Shown in pieces: positions 60,224 to 64,000 of a DNA stretch of 64,000 nt. The translations under genes were made by a program, and so were the position numbers. The notes below the pieces were generated by a model that worked only from the letters and a program-made list of their open reading frames with translations, was not told where the DNA came from and searched no databases. Numbering within the stretch: the stretch's first letter is position 1; every line of letters starts with the position of its first letter. Origin of the DNA: Minicystis rosea (GTDB taxonomy: Bacteria > Myxococcota_A > Polyangia > Polyangiales > Polyangiaceae); contig CP016211.1 of NCBI GenBank assembly GCA_001931535.1, positions 4,631,573 to 4,695,572 of the forward strand, given 5' to 3'.

Positions 60224-63121
60224 TCACGGACACCAGTCCGCCCAGCCAAACACCGTATCCTCCTTGTCCGGGTGGGCCGCGCCCAGCTCGTAACGGTTCG
60301 TCGCCTCCACGCACCCGGGCCACTTCTCGACCGTCGGCCAACCACCCCGCGTGTACTTGTAAAACACCCAATCTCCTCGGGGCACCGGCACGAGCCCCGA
60401 GGCGCTCGTCATTCCAGGGTCCCAATCGAGCGCCTGTTGCGTCCATCCGTTGGCCGAAGTGGCGATGTGAATGGGCGCCGACGTCGGCGTGCCCGGCGGG
60501 ACCGTCACACGGAATCGCATCAACACGGGAGGCGCCGGATCTCCCAAGCTGGGATCGTAATCCATCGTCAACACGAACCCTGCCTGATCGGGAATCACCA
60601 CGAGCAGCGACAGATCCCGCGCATCGTAGAAATACCCCTTCCCCGCCGCCCGCAAGCTCTCCTCGCTCGTGAACGCCGCGAGCGGCGCCCCCGAAAGCTT
60701 CACCCCGCTCACCTCGTGATCCACACGCCGCACCCGCACCGAGAGCGCTCGCGGCGGTGAAACGTATTCCCCCTCGCGCGGCGTGGCCTCGAGCCTCGCG
60801 CCTCCGGCCAAGCGTTGCAGCGAATAAGTGACCTTGGCGCTCTGCCCCTGTGCGTAGGCGAACGAGGATCCGTCATCTTCGTAGAGCGTGAGTTGGGTCT
60901 CCGTGTCGGCCGGATAGACATCGAGATACAGATTCTGACTCGGCTTCTCATCCACCCATGCAACGGGGTCTACGCGCGGGACGATGGCCCCTTCCCTCAC
61001 GTACGTCGGCAACGCGCCCTGGGTGAGGCTCACGGCAAACGTGCCCGGTCCTTCGTGCACGGCGCCCGATCGCGCCTCGAACCAGCGCCCCGGCGGCAGA
61101 TATACCGTCTTCGTCGTCGCCCCCTGCTCGAGCACCGGAGACAGGAGCAGATACGGGCCCAACATCGCTTCGTCGTCGACGGTGGCCGAACCGGGGTCGG
61201 CCTGAAACTCGTGCACGAGCGGCCGGAGGACGGGCGCGCCCGTCTGCGTCGCCTCCCAGAACAAGCTATAGAGATAAGGCATGAGCCGATAGCGATCGAG
61301 CATCACGTTGCGGCTGATGTCCTCCACCTCGGTGCCGAATTTCCACGGCTCCTGGCCGGCCACGCCGCTCGTCACGTGCCCTCGGAAGAAGGGTGAGAAC
61401 GAGCCCACCTGCATCCACCGCGCGAACAGCTCCGCCGAGGCGCCGCCCGAATATCCACCCACGTCGCTCCCCACGAACGGGAGCCCCGAGAGCCCCATCC
61501 CGAGCAACATGGGAAGGGTGCCCCGGAGCGTCGGCCACGTGCTCGGCGCATCGCCCGTCCACACCGCCGCATAACGCTGCACCCCTGCATAACCGGCGCG
61601 CGTCAGCACGAAAGGCCGGCGTTCGGGCACCGCGGCGCGCATCCCCTCGTAGGTCGCGCGAGCCTCGTTGAGCCCATAGACGTTGTGCAGATCCGCCATC
61701 GTCCCCGGCGTCCCGTCGCCGGCGCACACGGCATCGTTCGGGACCGTTCCATCGGTCCCGCTCACGAAATTGGAGGGCTCGTTCATGTCGATCCAAAGCC
61801 CGCTCACGCCCTCGTCGAGATCGCGTTTCACGAGCTCTCCCCACCACGCACGCACGTCCGGAGAGGTGAAGTCGGGGAACGTCGCAGGCCCTGGCCAAAC
61901 CTCGCCGACATAGGGTGCCCCGGCCCGCTTCAGGAAGAAGTCTTGGGCGAGCCCTTCCGCATAGACATCGTATTGAGGATCGACCTTGATCCCCGGATCC
62001 ACGATCGCCACCGTGTGCATCCCCAACGCGCTCAGGCTCACGACGAGGCCCGAAGGATCGGGAAAGGCGGCTGGATCCCAAGTGAAGGAGCGGAATCCAT
62101 CCATGTGCTGGATGTCGAGCCACATGCCATCGGCGGGCAAGCGGCGATTCCGCAGCTCCGTCGCGACCGCCAAGACCTCGGTATCCGGCGAATACCCCCA
62201 ACGCGATTGGTGATATCCCAAAGACCATCGCGGCGGGAGCGCCATCCGCCCCGTGAGCGCGGTATAGCGCGCGATGACGTCGCGCATGGCCGGCCCGACG
62301 AAGAGGTATTGATCCACTTCGTCACCGGCGGTCTCCAGCGTGTATCGCTGGGCATCGGTGGCAGCCATGTCGAAACGGAGCCGGTGTGTGTCGTCGAGGA
62401 AGACGCCATAGGCCGTGGCGCCGCGCAACCCGATGAAGAAAGGGATGGATTGATAGAGCGGATCGGCATCGGGCGGATAACCACCGAACGCAGATTGGTA
62501 AGCATCGGTGTTCCAGAACGTCAGCGTGCGGCCGCGCTTGTCGAGCGGGCCTGTCTTCTCACCGAAGCCGTAGAAGTGCTCGCCTTCTGCAGCGGCGCGC
62601 GTCACGCCGCGGCCGAGCCCTTGGCCTTCGTGATAACCACCCCCCTCGGGATCCTCGAGCAACACGGCACCATCCCGATCGGTGGCGCGAACGCGGCAAT
62701 CGGCACGGGTGACCTCGACGAGCACGTCGTCCGTGCAGACGAGGACAGTGTCCTTGGTGCTGCCGATGGCTGGGAGGACGTCGGCATTCTGATCGATGAC
62801 GGCGTAGGACGCGCGCCCCGAAGGCGGTGTCGATCCGCGATAACGCAGTCGCACGACACCGCTCTCCACAACGGCTACGTGCAAGCCGGCGCTCCCGCAG
62901 GCAACGTCGATGGAGCGATGATCCTGTCCCACGGGGACATCGCCCACGGGCAACGGCATCCCGCGACATAGGGGCATGAAGCCGCCGGCCCCACCGCTGC
63001 CGCTGACGGCGCCGCCTGTGCCGGAGGCACCGCCGCCGCTCGTCGTCGACGTCGCCGGGGCGCCTCCACCGCAACCGACGAGCAAGGCCATGATCGAGAA
63101 TGCAAGGGGCGCGCGGCGCAT
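60224..63121 (-). CDS. Glycoside hydrolase family 31 alpha-glucosidase-like lipoprotein with a C-terminal carbohydrate-binding module
   Basis: ATG 63121. Lipobox IMALLVGC. GH31 catalytic region GLWIDMNEPSNF with a WiDMNE-type nucleophile, plus HNVYG and TRAGYAG. C-terminal beta-sandwich (WVFYKYTRGGWPTVEKW) resembles a starch-binding CBM. Confidence 0.85.
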   Translation of the reverse strand: MRRAPLAFSIMALLVGCGGGAPATSTTSGGGASGTGGAVSGSGGAGGFMPLCRGMPLPVGDVPVGQDHRSIDVACGSAGLHVAVVESGVVRLRYRGSTPPSGRASYAVIDQNADVLPAIGSTKDTVLVCTDDVLVEVTRADCRVRATDRDGAVLLEDPEGGGYHEGQGLGRGVTRAAAEGEHFYGFGEKTGPLDKRGRTLTFWNTDAYQSAFGGYPPDADPLYQSIPFFIGLRGATAYGVFLDDTHRLRFDMAATDAQRYTLETAGDEVDQYLFVGPAMRDVIARYTALTGRMALPPRWSLGYHQSRWGYSPDTEVLAVATELRNRRLPADGMWLDIQHMDGFRSFTWDPAAFPDPSGLVVSLSALGMHTVAIVDPGIKVDPQYDVYAEGLAQDFFLKRAGAPYVGEVWPGPATFPDFTSPDVRAWWGELVKRDLDEGVSGLWIDMNEPSNFVSGTDGTVPNDAVCAGDGTPGTMADLHNVYGLNEARATYEGMRAAVPERRPFVLTRAGYAGVQRYAAVWTGDAPSTWPTLRGTLPMLLGMGLSGLPFVGSDVGGYSGGASAELFARWMQVGSFSPFFRGHVTSGVAGQEPWKFGTEVEDISRNVMLDRYRLMPYLYSLFWEATQTGAPVLRPLVHEFQADPGSATVDDEAMLGPYLLLSPVLEQGATTKTVYLPPGRWFEARSGAVHEGPGTFAVSLTQGALPTYVREGAIVPRVDPVAWVDEKPSQNLYLDVYPADTETQLTLYEDDGSSFAYAQGQSAKVTYSLQRLAGGARLEATPREGEYVSPPRALSVRVRRVDHEVSGVKLSGAPLAAFTSEESLRAAGKGYFYDARDLSLLVVIPDQAGFVLTMDYDPSLGDPAPPVLMRFRVTVPPGTPTSAPIHIATSANGWTQQALDWDPGMTSASGLVPVPRGDWVFYKYTRGGWPTVEKWPGCVEATNRYELGAAHPDKEDTVFGWADWCP

Positions 63122-63248
63122 CGGCGCAATCCTAACCTGCGAGGCCCAGCGGCGTCGCCGACCGAGATGCCATGATCGCTTCATTGGCCATGGCCGCTCG
63201 AGGGCATGTGACCGAACATCGATTTTGATCTCGATTGATACTGAACCG

Positions 63249-63614
63249 ATGCGCAAGGGTGGGTATCGTGGTGATCCTTTGCCGACCGCGCGTAACCCTT
63301 CTTCTGCAGAAGCCATTCGTGATGCCTTGGGGCTCGTGCGGATTCTCTATGCCGCGCGGCGCGCGCGTGAGGCTGCGCCGGCCCCGGGCTCGGATCCGCT
63401 GGTCGCCGTGGGTCGTGAGCTCGCCGCGGCGCTCTCGCTTTCGGCACATGAAGAAGGATCGCTCGGCCATCGGGCGGCCTTGGATCGGGCGGCGCGGGCG
63501 CTGGCCCGGTTGGGTGACGAGGTGACGGCGACGGACACGGCGTGGTCTCTGGCGCGGGCCGCGCGGACACGCGTGCTCGGCGAGAAGGCCGGGGCGACGC
63601 GCGAGAAAGCGTGA
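63249..63614 (+). CDS. Hypothetical small protein
   Basis: 121-aa ORF with moderate codon bias. No family recognised. Confidence 0.3.
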   Translation: MRKGGYRGDPLPTARNPSSAEAIRDALGLVRILYAARRAREAAPAPGSDPLVAVGRELAAALSLSAHEEGSLGHRAALDRAARALARLGDEVTATDTAWSLARAARTRVLGEKAGATREKA

Positions 63615-63659
63615 TTCACGCGGCGGGCGCGCTTTCGACCGGTGACGAGGAACCCGGCG

Positions 63660-64000
63660 GTGGGCGACGCTCTCGTAACGAGCCTCGTGCGCCATCCTCG
63701 ACCTGCCCTCGCCGCCGTCGTCCTCGGGCTCTCGCTGCCGGCCGCGTGCCTCCCCGGCGCCATGCCTCCTCAGGTGCCGGCGCGCCACGCGCTCGACTTG
63801 GGCGGTGAAGCGGCGGCGACGGCGCAAGCCCACGGAGGTCCGCTCGCCGTGAGCTTCGCGAGCCCGCGCGGGGAGACGTCGCAGGGCACGGAGATATCGA
63901 TCGTCTTCAATAAGCCCATGCGGGCGCTGGGGCTCGGTCCGTCGGATCCCGCGCCGCCGGTGACGATGTGGCCCACGGCGAAGGGCGCGTTTCATTGGCT
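63660..64000 (+). CDS. Putative lipoprotein, N-terminal fragment of a large MG-domain / A2M-like protein (continues past the window end)
   Basis: GTG 63660. Signal/lipobox AAVVLGLSLPAAC. Then PLAVSFASPRGE...ISIVFNKPMRALGLGP...VTMWPTAKGAFHW, which parallels the N-terminus of the A2M at 54361..60099 (LVVRFNRPMV...). No stop before 64000. Absent from the ORF track. Confidence 0.4.
   Translation, partial: MGDALVTSLVRHPRPALAAVVLGLSLPAACLPGAMPPQVPARHALDLGGEAAATAQAHGGPLAVSFASPRGETSQGTEISIVFNKPMRALGLGPSDPAPPVTMWPTAKGAFHW

Overview
This is a very GC-rich (~70%) bacterial chromosomal window. Several genes look myxobacterial (Polyangiaceae/Sorangium-like): Ser/Thr kinases, one with a TIGR02265-like C-terminal domain, Cys-rich repeat lipoproteins, and many Tat/lipoprotein signal peptides. 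I read it in four parts.

- **Stress cluster (1-3.3 kb, two strands):** a PsiE-like membrane protein and Hsp20 on the minus strand; a BON-domain protein, an HdeD-like protein and a DsbA-like protein on the plus strand.
- **Degraded zone (about 3.3-20 kb):** 5'-truncated and frameshifted remnants of genes for transaldolase, two Zn-dependent alcohol dehydrogenases, an IS91-type transposase, the Kup potassium transporter, a metallophosphoesterase, a methyltransferase and a short-chain dehydrogenase. It also holds three loci of palindromic tandem repeats and a repeated ~150-bp element. One of those copies carries an intact IS4/Tn5-like insertion sequence with 17-bp inverted repeats and a 9-bp target-site duplication. 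Intact genes in this zone include a formaldehyde dehydrogenase, an AraC/short-chain-dehydrogenase pair, a yellow/MRJP-family lipoprotein and a GT-C membrane glycosyltransferase-like protein.
- **Candidate system (7.3-11.2 kb):** the most interesting unit is a three-gene operon. A 668-aa protein with an N-terminal ferritin-like (ExxH) domain and a C-terminal module of 11 Cys has no signal peptide. It is translationally coupled to a DUF692 (MbnB/HvfB/BufB-like) TIM-barrel enzyme and a DUF2063 (MbnC/HvfC/BufC-like) partner. I propose this is an undescribed variant of the oxazolone/thioamide (methanobactin/bufferin-type) cysteine-modifying systems that acts on a large cytoplasmic fusion protein.
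- **Housekeeping and envelope genes (21-64 kb):** Ser/Thr kinases, a PLC/AcpA-family phosphoesterase, H+-pyrophosphatase, GMC oxidoreductase, truncated haemoglobin, GlnRS with a YqeY tail, dienelactone hydrolase, HutI, NagZ, a short GspE-like ATPase, a hybrid histidine kinase with an internal 57-bp tandem repeat, a fibrinogen-related-domain lipoprotein, and a pbpC / alpha-2-macroglobulin pair whose macroglobulin lacks a CxEQ thioester, followed by a GH31 glycosidase.

At least four conserved genes carry single-nucleotide frameshifts (BON, transaldolase, kup, pbpC). These could be sequencing errors or real pseudogenes. No rRNA, tRNA or CRISPR array was seen.
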